From a virus (taxonomy: Duplodnaviria > Caudoviricetes): DNA of 59,526 nt. The notes beneath the pieces are model-generated. The model saw nothing but the letters and a program-made list of their open reading frames with translations. It was not told where the DNA came from and searched no databases. Below are positions 26,101 to 34,800 of the stretch, piece after piece (position 1 is the stretch's first letter; the number at the start of each line of letters is the position of its first letter). Made by a program: the position numbers and the translations under genes. The stretch covers positions 1 to 59,526 of the IMG/VR virus record IMGVR_UViG_3300008108_000206, one strand, 5' to 3'.

Positions 26101-29100
26101 TGGTGTATTATATGGCACTAAAACATTTACATTGTTAGATAAAAGAACTAATACGGCTTATGCTCCATACAATGAAAATTCATTAATTGTAACAATTGAT
26201 GGAGTTTTACAGGAACCTGGGGAATCATTTACCGTAAAAGGAAATTCAATAACATTTACTCAACCCCCATTAGGTGAAAGAATAGTAGAAGGTCAAATTG
26301 TAGAAGCACAAAAGTTTTATTGCAGATCAATAAAGTTTAAAGATAATATCTTAAATTCAACATACATTAGAAAAATACAAAATATTTCAGATCAATTTGA
26401 TGGAAGCCAAACATTATTCGATTTGTATGAAGAAGATGGTTCTATTGTAAAATCTTTACCAAATGAAAAATTTATTGTAGCTTTAAATGGTGTTTTACAA
26501 AATGCTAGATCTACAGAAGAAGAGCCATTTAATAATTCTTATTCTATCATAAGATCTGAAGATGAAAATGTTACTGATAAAATAGTATTTACTGAACCAC
26601 CAATTAGTCATGGCGAATTATACAATAGTACAGATGATATTGTAATTAGAGAAAAATGCTTTATATACAGTATTGGTTCATATAGAAGATTAACTATTGA
26701 TACTAGAACTGTAAAGTATAGAGGAACTGGTCCATTTTTAATCTTAGATGAAGTAGAAAATAAGGTTGTTTCGATTGATGAACCTTTATATGCTGTCGTG
26801 TTTATTGATGGAGTTCTTCAAATTCCAGCTAAGTCATATGATATAGTAGGACCAAATATTACATTTACTTCTCCTTTAAAATATTACGAGGATAAAACTG
26901 GCAAGCAAATATTACAAAAAGTTTCAATTTTACTTTTCTACGGAAGAGACAAAGCAAAAACATTAACTTTTTATGATTTTGAGCCAAATGCATATTATTC
27001 ACAAGCAAATTTGGTTATACAATCCCCAAATATTGCGAATTTTTATTCCTGGTTTGCAAATTATTTGGGATCCAATGTTATTGTTTCTCAAAATGGGAAT
27101 CAAATTGGAAAAATAAAATCATTTGATCCATCTTCGCCTAATCTCAATTTAACTTTGTTGTGTTCGGCTTTCTTTGATGTAACAAATTCTGATTTTTCAT
27201 TTGTGAATCAAAATACAAATGATCAATTTGTATTATCTTCTATCCAATCATCTTCAATTAGTTTCTTACAGGATGAAGATGGCAATAGAAAATTACAAGT
27301 AGATGTTCCATCATGGTTATATGGAACAGAACTTGGTAGATCTGCATATTCAGAAAGAACAAAATTATATGCAAATTTAAATGTAGGCGATTTAATTCAA
27401 ATTGATGGAGAATCATCATTCAGACAAATTGTTTCTATTCCAGAGTTAGTTAATACTAAACAATATAATAAAGAAGAATTTTTACCATCTGACATATATT
27501 CTAGGGTAGAAACAACAAACTATAATGATATTGTTAGAGGTGAAGGATTAAGTATAACTGCCGAGATAGATGAAAACGGAACTATAACAAAATTAAATTG
27601 GAATAGAAGAGATTTAATGCTCTATTTCAATAATAATGTTTTACTACAACCAACTGCATATCAGTATTATACTCCACCAATTATTGATTTTATACCAAGA
27701 ACACAAAATGGAGGTGGAGCAAAAGCAGAAGTAATCGCTGTGGGCGGTCAAATAGTTGATATTGTTTTAATTGATGGTGGTTATGGATATTCGGAACCTC
27801 CTACAGTTGTAGTATCGAAAGGATATAACAAAATAAAGGGAAGATCAAGAAAATTTGATACATCCACAGTATTAAATGTTTCTCCCCCATTAGTATTTTC
27901 TGATAGTTTAATTACAACCAGTGAAGTTACATTAATTGCATATGGACCAACTGGACAAGCAATTTTTTCTTATATTAATTTAAGTGTAGATGGAGGAGTA
28001 AAAGAAGCAGGAGAACAAATTACTGCAATTATAATGCCACAAATGCAAATTGTGACATTTGCAGAAACTCTTGCTCAAAATGAATATGTATTAAATTCTC
28101 CTGTAATTGAAATTAATTATGATATACAATCTATAGGATTAGAATTAATAAGCTCTATAGATGCAAGAGCAAATATTATTTCTTCTTCTTCTATTATCAA
28201 AGTAGATAGACAAGTAACAAAAATTATAAGCAAGCAAATTAATGAAGCATTTGTTCAGTTAGATACTGCTTCTGTCAATGATATTGGTGCTTTCCTTGAT
28301 GCTCCATTATCAGAAACAGATAATATTGTATATATTCCTGATACTAGAAGATTCCCAGATTCTAGTAGATTACTTATTGGTAGAGAAGTTGTATACTATG
28401 AAAAGAAAAAAACTGATAGATTTTTATCAGTAACTAGAGGTGCAGATGGAACAATTGCTCAAACACACAATGCAGGTGATTATTTAAGACATCTACCTAA
28501 GATTGTCAGTGTGGTTCCAGTTGGAACTGCATCTATTCAAACTATTACTTCAATAGAATCTGACCATAACACTTTCACCGAAGTATTGAAAGCTATCAGT
28601 ACCGAAGTAGTTGATCCATCGATTAACCATAATTCTACATTACTAACAGCAGAACAACAAATAAACGTTGATAACACTGATTTTGTTGTGCTTCCATGGA
28701 TAGCAATAATTCCACCACCTTCCTTCAACATAATAACAACAGTACATTCAACAGCTTCGAATGTACAAACTGTTGTTGAAGCAGTCAGAATAGATTCGAT
28801 TAATTCCTTAGTATCATCGATAAAAGAAACAAATATTCAAATTAATTGCGAAAATAATATTGATATTGATGTTTCTAACATATTACTGTCAACAGAGATT
28901 ATTAGCAATCAAGGAACTTCAATTGAATCCTTGTATTCTAATGTAGTATCTACTATTCATTATAATGTATCTATTTTGACCAATAACGTTGATATATTAT
29001 CAAATATTTCTATATCAAATTATTCAACTAACTTTATCATAAAAAATGAAACGAATATAGAATCTTCTACTTCAGTAATAAGTAAATTAGTTTCAATCCA

Positions 29101-29866
29101 GCCAGTTTACCCAGAAAAATCAGAAATTATTACTGTTGTCACAGATTCTTCATATAATACATTCTCGACAATTATAATTTCTACAGTAACTCCAAATAAA
29201 GTAGAGTCAACTATACAAATTGATACTGGAACTGGATTATCTTCGGCTACTTCTAGAGAGATTGAATACAATTTTGGAATTTTAGATTATTTCACAGAAT
29301 CAATTGTATTCGAAAATCCAATTTTGACAAGAGATTATGGATTCTTTAGTTTAGATAGTGCATACAAAATTGTCACATTAAGAAATGGATCTCAAATTGA
29401 AGTAATTAATAGTAATATATTGAAAGATTCTTTCTACGATGGATATAATTTAGGAAATGCTGGCAATAATTTATCATCTTTCGAAAATAATGCTTTTGTT
29501 GATGTTGGTGCTTTTAATGTAAACGGTTCAATTGAAACAGTATCTTTCGCATATCCAGAATTAAATATTTTAGATTTTGAATTGAGAAAAGGATCTTCTA
29601 TCACATCAGCAAATAAAATTTTCAACTTAGCAATTCCTTCAATAAATGAAATTGGCACTATTCTATCCTCATCGATAACGAGTGTAGATACTCAAATGAC
29701 AATCGGTTATGCAAATTCTTTACCAAATTCTGGTAGAATTATTATTAATAAAGAAGTTATTCAATATGCTTCTAAATCTGGCAATACCTTATTTGGATTA
29801 ATAAGAGGTGCAAATAATACTATTGCATCTTCTCATGATGCAAATGATTATTTAAGATCATTCTAG
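20108..29866 (+). CDS. gp7: 3252-aa baseplate wedge initiator (gp7-like) with a YHYH-like domain
   Basis: Lies between gp6 and gp8; LIESQLPGFI, FYKAKGT, DSYFYQDYSYVIKS...HPAGF; YHYH-like HSPIIGFAYDGNPIYGPY...LDENNGRFCVTPEYPNGTYAY. Confidence 0.8.
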   Translation: MAAKTRNISTLIESQLPGFIVSEYENFSKFVEKYYEHLENQGQPLDIISNVTKYRDINFYEKNLLNQYTELSSSITETDTTITVEDASSFPEKNGYIKIGNELCFYKERTETEFLEVSRGVSGNTTLGDLYESTNFVTTQAEPHYTNDIVYNVSNLFLYAFVKSFESQYLGGFPEAYLKGDVDKRVLIKNISDFYKAKGTDKSIKFIFNSIVSKSAEDTPETYNPKDFTLKASTSDWTSNYSIKAKILTGDVNKLIGTKIIQKTGTSYASAVIDAVNYGGSDGIFEIILSPSSINGNFKIAAQTTLRTDISVNDTTGDRIDVYSTLGWDQKGELIVNSERISFVEKNVNQFVISGRSNPNTTHVAGTPVYSNDIITAFYDGGSATILSLGLLYNLNVYSGEPYSNSGDKVQISESGFISDHPVIEGANWFLNTNFRKAFSPLNSQVAQAVGDLNSDVSAIYEDDQYFYICSSGYPHHALLKESSPVNLEDQKFLKLIRKYPTNTTEIYSVSNRDIGILVDGSIAFSNKDFEVVKYGKITTTLVENKGVGYQAPPFVLINNEPNKARCFLSGEVVDRIELLSDDIYEEDPEITITSGRNATLKPVVTNGEITSIRVIDQGEYYSSPPLIRIFDALGKGAFAEYQAIVSPEGKLVRCQKINGGRFYNRNSLVVEVISVGSGAFASAKIREWTKDRFNKYRLDLDSNYSYVFPNFNQKIGLGYGVVASPANLRFRLGDNINSVLGENPGTKTHSPIIGFAYDGNPIYGPYAFSDPGNPNSSIVKMNSGYQLKNSRENGPSILNYALGTFVDDYIWVPSVNSGKTELDENNGRFCVTPEYPNGTYAYFATINSSGQPVFPYIIGKNFYSLPVDSNYNSNISQDDLPKNLKRLRTSDIDNNGVNSFALIGDVTNGNVSAAYADYSTETFSIGSELFVDNLNTQGFGAKAFVSEINGKDVASLESVQEKAVVIDLIENAYLFEGDILFQGEGVLLNQIIVDNTEISDFQFSEAPNVKIVNDLAIGPDGSFRVIQDLSSDLVQGQIIGDVINSNRVVLRSVQNTFNSSLPVFATIKVLNLLVNKNGTYTKDSIISFIREDDGVIFGTALVLEGTLKQNALKVRVITGDIFTSDNFILKSSTLSDTTNAKVISTTSLSENLTINTINDQVAILQTNEDHNLAIGDKVFVNIFPDDSITQTTYYVRKRLYQKAVLQELTFNGKITDTGIGRFEILNSGADYESGTYNNVELIFVDSTKARKNIGKPGDPGNARANIEVFNIGGGFGRVSSITLTKKGYGYKKSDILTVSDDDLQRLGISTRTARLNLFVDHVGFSAENTELFLTNINDLSVNDYLNVGNEVVKVSSINKSSKSVIVERAQKNTPITDHFDDQKITFNQTSYKFQKGYRILGDSQNSPYVIEYDSLTRELLIAYDYSVTNPTKILQSSIFFDQNIPNKFVKVESVESPQYKLEFSKDQINFEINPTINIQKYYKYKFDTSHPSMLDTYLDFSSSLNYNLFTEEKNVSSNLPGTSGSFVSIKLGFGPNISSNTYQNKTPINFNNYYYFIKATANVNTEGSFLKVIDDPLAGEQSVIYSTDKKFVYNVKSLPQYDGSGDISYTTTSQFAIGSIANISINDTGINYKSIPVCKGILPSTSFVSTVTAKIDTTTGYLSSIVVNNQGNNYSKPIAIITDGDGFDYKLECVVENGKIKTVNILNPGKGFTYDPTIKIFESDIKVFLTSDNIGIPKNIKLINSGFGYNSDYSTLPAFISTTTFVLKDFEDDSFYMGEKITQYENDILIAEATVSKNGWRIGSNLLKVENIKGIFKNNLPIKGFARAKTATLIAQINTVFTPDIRTYSDNLGRFNSERGKLSSNSQKLTDSYFYQDYSYVIKSRTSIEFWRDLIRETTHPAGFQLFGELILESEGAATMPSRIKEIETHSFINLKPQNISVVNTKKYVTENIISFNNTNIERGIGSVSVDTFDSSETIARELILARAFDGDFDPNSGVLYGTKTFTLLDKRTNTAYAPYNENSLIVTIDGVLQEPGESFTVKGNSITFTQPPLGERIVEGQIVEAQKFYCRSIKFKDNILNSTYIRKIQNISDQFDGSQTLFDLYEEDGSIVKSLPNEKFIVALNGVLQNARSTEEEPFNNSYSIIRSEDENVTDKIVFTEPPISHGELYNSTDDIVIREKCFIYSIGSYRRLTIDTRTVKYRGTGPFLILDEVENKVVSIDEPLYAVVFIDGVLQIPAKSYDIVGPNITFTSPLKYYEDKTGKQILQKVSILLFYGRDKAKTLTFYDFEPNAYYSQANLVIQSPNIANFYSWFANYLGSNVIVSQNGNQIGKIKSFDPSSPNLNLTLLCSAFFDVTNSDFSFVNQNTNDQFVLSSIQSSSISFLQDEDGNRKLQVDVPSWLYGTELGRSAYSERTKLYANLNVGDLIQIDGESSFRQIVSIPELVNTKQYNKEEFLPSDIYSRVETTNYNDIVRGEGLSITAEIDENGTITKLNWNRRDLMLYFNNNVLLQPTAYQYYTPPIIDFIPRTQNGGGAKAEVIAVGGQIVDIVLIDGGYGYSEPPTVVVSKGYNKIKGRSRKFDTSTVLNVSPPLVFSDSLITTSEVTLIAYGPTGQAIFSYINLSVDGGVKEAGEQITAIIMPQMQIVTFAETLAQNEYVLNSPVIEINYDIQSIGLELISSIDARANIISSSSIIKVDRQVTKIISKQINEAFVQLDTASVNDIGAFLDAPLSETDNIVYIPDTRRFPDSSRLLIGREVVYYEKKKTDRFLSVTRGADGTIAQTHNAGDYLRHLPKIVSVVPVGTASIQTITSIESDHNTFTEVLKAISTEVVDPSINHNSTLLTAEQQINVDNTDFVVLPWIAIIPPPSFNIITTVHSTASNVQTVVEAVRIDSINSLVSSIKETNIQINCENNIDIDVSNILLSTEIISNQGTSIESLYSNVVSTIHYNVSILTNNVDILSNISISNYSTNFIIKNETNIESSTSVISKLVSIQPVYPEKSEIITVVTDSSYNTFSTIIISTVTPNKVESTIQIDTGTGLSSATSREIEYNFGILDYFTESIVFENPILTRDYGFFSLDSAYKIVTLRNGSQIEVINSNILKDSFYDGYNLGNAGNNLSSFENNAFVDVGAFNVNGSIETVSFAYPELNILDFELRKGSSITSANKIFNLAIPSINEIGTILSSSITSVDTQMTIGYANSLPNSGRIIINKEVIQYASKSGNTLFGLIRGANNTIASSHDANDYLRSF

Positions 29867-29870
29867 ATTT

Positions 29871-29884
29871 TATAAATATAAATA
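29871..29884 (+). promoter_or_regulatory. T4-type late promoter (two overlapping copies)
   Basis: TATAAATATAAATA. Confidence 0.85.
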
Positions 29885-29921
29885 AATCAGGCAAAACGTT
29901 TTTACTAGAGAGATTAATTAA

Positions 29922-31751
29922 ATGGCTGCTATTATCTCAGATAAGTTTAGAATTTTTAATGCTAAACAGTTTTTAGAATCTCTATCTGAAGGATCGACCG
30001 ATAACGGTACTGAGCGTACCAGAATGTACTTTTTCGTTGGTCGTCCACAAAGATGGGATTCATACGTAGAAATTTACAACAAGAATTCAACTGCTTTTGT
30101 TGCTGGTAACGAAGTTTATGTTGGTGCTAGCTATGCAGCAGCAACTTTCAAAGCAACTATTAGACAGGTTTATGCAGATAGTTTACTCCTTTTTGGAGTT
30201 GGACCTTCAACTTCATCTGTTCCTCCTGCTGGCTCAACTTTAAAAGCTTGGAATGGAACTGCTGATACTGGTGCTACTGCAGTAACTGGTGTTTACAGAT
30301 ATGCATCAGAAGATGTACCACCAGTTCCACTAGATAACCAAAAAGAGAAGTTTGATCTTTATGATGACATTATTGCAGCAAAAAGAATTACCGCTGACTT
30401 TGCTCGTGCAGTAATCCGTCGTTATAATTGGGATTTAGTTGCTAATCCTAAGTATGATATGTGGAAACCTGATTATTCTGCTACTCCTGGTAGTGGTGGT
30501 CAAATAGGAAAACAGGCAGCAACTGGAGCCACTTCAATTAGTGATGCTAAGTTTTATGCTATCAATTCTCAGTATGAAGTATTTAAGTGCCTTTATAATG
30601 GCCAAAATCCAGCTAATCCAACTGGACAAAATGCAACAAATGAGCCAAAGACAACCCCTTCAGCTGGTCAAGGTTCCTATTCAAATGGAATTTTTACAGA
30701 AGAAGCAGGTAATGCTGGTTATGTTTGGAAATATATGTACACAATTCCAACAAATGATGTATTGCGTTTCCTCTCTACTGACTTTATGCCTATTGTAACA
30801 ACATCTGATGTAACTAGACAAGCAACGGAAGCAGCAGCAGTTAATGGTGCAGTTAATGTAGTTCTAGTAGAAAGTGTTGGTGCTAATCTTCCTAACGGAA
30901 CTCATTATGCTCCAATTATTGGCGATGGTTCTGGTGGTATTGTTAGATTAGTTGTAACTTCAGGAGCATTAGTATCAGCAACTGTTACTAATGTTGGTAG
31001 TGGTTACACTTATGCTTCAGTTCCACTTGCAACTGGAACTGGCTCTGGAGCAACTGCTTATGGCTTATTCAGTGATGCTGCTCTAACTTCATCTGTTACT
31101 GTAGGTAGCACTGCTGTAGGAGCTCTTGAACCAGTAATTTCACCACAAGGTGGTCATGGTTCTGATTTCGAATTGGAACTAAATGCTAAGCGTGTTATGA
31201 CAAATATTCGCTTGACCTATGCAGAAGGTTCTGGCGATTTCCCTGTAGATAATGATTTCCGTAGAATCGGTATTCTTAAAGATCCATATGCTTTTGGAAC
31301 GACTTCATTTGCTACTGTAGATACTGTAAACGGTTTGTATGCAGTAAAAATTAGTGGTGCTACAGCAGATTACCAACCTGATGAAACTATTTCACAAACT
31401 GTAACGGGCGGAACTGCATATGGTACAGTAGTTTCATGGACGTTAGATTCTGGAAGCACAACAGATGGAGTTCTTAAATATATCCAATCACCAGATCTTC
31501 ATAAAAATTCTGGTAAGGTAAGAGCTTTTGAGTCTAATGGAGCAAATGCTATCACTGGTTCAATTTCTCTTGCTAGTGGTAATGTTGACATAGCAGATAA
31601 TTCTTCTGTTTTGGGAGTTACTTTTTCTAGTGGTTTAGCAAATCCAGAAATTGCTCAAAATTCTGGAGATATGATTTACGTAGAAAATAGAAGATTGATT
31701 ACGAGAGCTCCAGATCAAATTGAAGATATCAAACTTGTTATCGAATTCTGA
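29922..31751 (+). CDS. gp8: baseplate wedge subunit gp8
   Basis: MAAIISDKFRIFNA..F; YEVFKCLYN; GYVWKYMYTI; SGDMIYVENR...DQIEDIKLVIEF. Confidence 0.9.
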   Translation: MAAIISDKFRIFNAKQFLESLSEGSTDNGTERTRMYFFVGRPQRWDSYVEIYNKNSTAFVAGNEVYVGASYAAATFKATIRQVYADSLLLFGVGPSTSSVPPAGSTLKAWNGTADTGATAVTGVYRYASEDVPPVPLDNQKEKFDLYDDIIAAKRITADFARAVIRRYNWDLVANPKYDMWKPDYSATPGSGGQIGKQAATGATSISDAKFYAINSQYEVFKCLYNGQNPANPTGQNATNEPKTTPSAGQGSYSNGIFTEEAGNAGYVWKYMYTIPTNDVLRFLSTDFMPIVTTSDVTRQATEAAAVNGAVNVVLVESVGANLPNGTHYAPIIGDGSGGIVRLVVTSGALVSATVTNVGSGYTYASVPLATGTGSGATAYGLFSDAALTSSVTVGSTAVGALEPVISPQGGHGSDFELELNAKRVMTNIRLTYAEGSGDFPVDNDFRRIGILKDPYAFGTTSFATVDTVNGLYAVKISGATADYQPDETISQTVTGGTAYGTVVSWTLDSGSTTDGVLKYIQSPDLHKNSGKVRAFESNGANAITGSISLASGNVDIADNSSVLGVTFSSGLANPEIAQNSGDMIYVENRRLITRAPDQIEDIKLVIEF

Positions 31752-31767
31752 TCTAAAATTTTCTTTG

Positions 31768-31796
31768 AATCTCCCCGAAATGGGGAGATTTTTTTT
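31768..31796 (+). terminator. intrinsic terminator
   Basis: AATCTCCCC-GAAAT-GGGGAGATT followed by a T run. Confidence 0.85.
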
Positions 31797-31854
31797 ATCT
31801 TTGCTAATAAATAAGATAGGGAAATAGGTTCCAAAGTAGAGAGATTCATTTACG

Positions 31855-34800
31855 ATGCCACAGAAGACAAATCTTAACGTATCACCATATTTTGATGATT
31901 TTGATCCACAAAAGAATTTTAATTCCTGGAGAAATTGGTCTTAATTCAAAATTAGATTATGTCAAGTTATCTTCTGTTTCTGAAGTAGCTGTAAATGAAA
32001 ATGGATCTATAGTATATAAAAAATATGATATTAAAAATTTAATTGGATCTACTTTACGTGGTATTAACTCTGGTGTAACTGGTGTAATTATTGAAGCTGA
32101 GTATGCTACAACAGAAGAAGCAGATACCATTTTTGTAAATTATTTTAATAGTGGAAATTCTGGAAACGAGTCTACATTTAGACAGGGAGAAACACTTGAA
32201 GTTATTGGTGGAGTAAACACTCCTCTACTTGTTGTTGGAACAGATGGTAGTGTTTTACCAACAACCATTTCTGTTTTTAACCCAGATACTGAAGAAACAA
32301 CTTCTCTAACTAGCCCAGCGATGGGATATGCTACAGCATTGAAAGTGGAAGAAGGAATTTATTTTGTTAATGGTTATTTTGTTAGAAATGAAGAACAATT
32401 ACTGGTAATTAACAAATATTATGATAAGCCTTCTGCGAAAGTTGGATTTAATATTATTGAAGATGTTATTACACCAGAAGAAGATGAATCTTTATATGAT
32501 AATGCCAGAGGATTTTCTAATTATTCTGCTCCTGGAGCACATAGATTAAGAATATCTTTAGATTTAAAAAATTATGCATATGAAGAACTAACAGATAAAA
32601 ATTTTATCCAATTAATTAAAATTAAAAATGGCGTAATTGAAAAGCAAGTTAAACCAGCTGATTATACATTACTAGAAGAAACCTTAGCAAGAAGAACTTT
32701 TGATGAATCTGGTGACTATGTAGTAAAAGATTTTTCAGTTGATATTAGAGAGTATTATCAAAAAGATAGTAACAATGGTCTTTACAAAAAATCATCTTCT
32801 GGATTAGTTAATGGACTTAGTGAAGATGAAGCATCACGTAAAATGATTGCTAGTATTAGTTCTGGTAAAGCATATGTTCGTGGATTTGAAATTGTAAATA
32901 AAGAAACAAAATATTTAGAAATTGATAAAGCAAGAGATACATTAACCAGAGATAATGTAACTATTAAATCGAAAGGAGCAACTACCTTTAAAATTTCTAA
33001 CGTATTTGGTAGTGTTCCTTTAAATAATGTAGCAGGAGATTTGACAGGATACCCAGATGTTTATTTAAGTTGTGTATTTAATGATGGTTCCATCGGATTA
33101 AATGGTCAAGAAGAAGATAGTTACTTCAAACTTACTAAGTCTAGAAGAGCACAAACTTTCACCTTAAAAGATGCAATCAAAACAATTTATGTTCAAGTTG
33201 CAAATACATTACCATCATCTAGAAGCGACTATCCTTCAACATTATGGTATATAAAAACAAGAAGTGGAGGAGAACCTTCTTCCGTTGGTTCTGTTGATGT
33301 TATTGCTGGTTCTATTTGTAAAAGAAATGATGTTTCTACTGCATCTGGACAATTTTTTGTAGAATTTACTATTAAAGGAGATAAGTCAATCTTAGATACT
33401 TATTTCTTAGAATATGACGATGGGGGAGCAGGAAAATTAAAGTTAGTCTATGAAACAGAAGCAGATGCTCTTGAAGGAGGATCAACATACTATGGAACAG
33501 TAGTTGATTATAATTCAACAATTACTCCAGTAATTGGTATCACTAAGCCAAAGAATTTTTCACTTTCTGATAGAGCACTTGGATTCAATTCGGATACTGA
33601 TATTATTATTTCTAAAGGAAGAAGTGGAATTAACTCAAGACCTTATAGTGGTATTTTTAATTTTTCATACTTCAACCCAATTTTCTTCACCAAACTCACT
33701 CTAGAAGAAACACCATCTATTGGGTTTGATATTGGTAAATATATCGTAGGAAAATCAAGTAATGCTTATGGTGTTATTGAATCTGATACTACTGAAAATT
33801 ATAGTAGTGGAAATATTTTGTTTGTTACTGTACTTTCTGGAGAATTTATTTCTGGAGAAACAATTTCAGATGAAGATGGTAATACTCTAAAAATTGCTAA
33901 AGATAATACAATATCCCACTTTATTGTTACTAAACGTGGTAATGGATACACAACCGCATCAAAATTAATCATCGATGGCGATGAAATTAATTCAATAAAA
34001 GTAAGTCCAGAATTAATTGGTGGTTCTATCTATAAAATTGATATTAATGATAGAAATGCTTTAAGAAAAGAATATGCTGCTCCCCCAGTAGTTACAGCAT
34101 CTCCACAACCAGATTCTCCATCAAATTATGCTGTAATTGTTCCTGTTTTATTTAAGAATACTGTTTTAACTTATACCCCGCAAAATGTAAAATCTTTATA
34201 TTCAAATTATAATAATTACGTATTTACGGCAGATATAGATTTTACAAAAACAGAATATTCAAATTATAAGCAAATAACCAATTTTACTTTTTCTGGAAAA
34301 GCTGGAGATCGTTTTATTGAATGTAATGGATTTGGAGCAAATTTGGCGAAGGATCTAGTCCAAGGAGATATTATTCAATTTACCGATGAATTAAATCAAG
34401 TAATTAAAAATATTGTTCAATATACTTCTGACGCACAAGGTGTTTATAAATCAAGAATTTATTTAGATTACAGTTTACCAAATGATATTGTAAATGCAAG
34501 TGTTGTCAGAATTAGACCAATAATCAATAATGTAACATCTTCTTTAGTATATCCAACTGGTAGTAAGCAAGTTGCTTCTTTAGTAAAAGATACATCCGAT
34601 ACGAAAATTAAATGTTATATAAGAAAAGATTTTACAACTGATCTTTCTTCTAGTGGAGGTACATTAACATTTACTGCACAATTAGCAACTGGATTCCAAA
34701 GATTTGTTTCTTATTCAGAAAATGCATTTGTTTTGACAGTTTTGGATAAAGGAGATTCGACCGTAGTAGAAACTGGGGATATTGTTTACATTTCTCCAGA

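Noticed and set aside
31900-31944. Programmed ribosomal frameshift in the VrlC-like gene
   Set aside because: A shift would restore the frame but not the apparently missing conserved ~40 aa; a deletion or assembly error is simpler.
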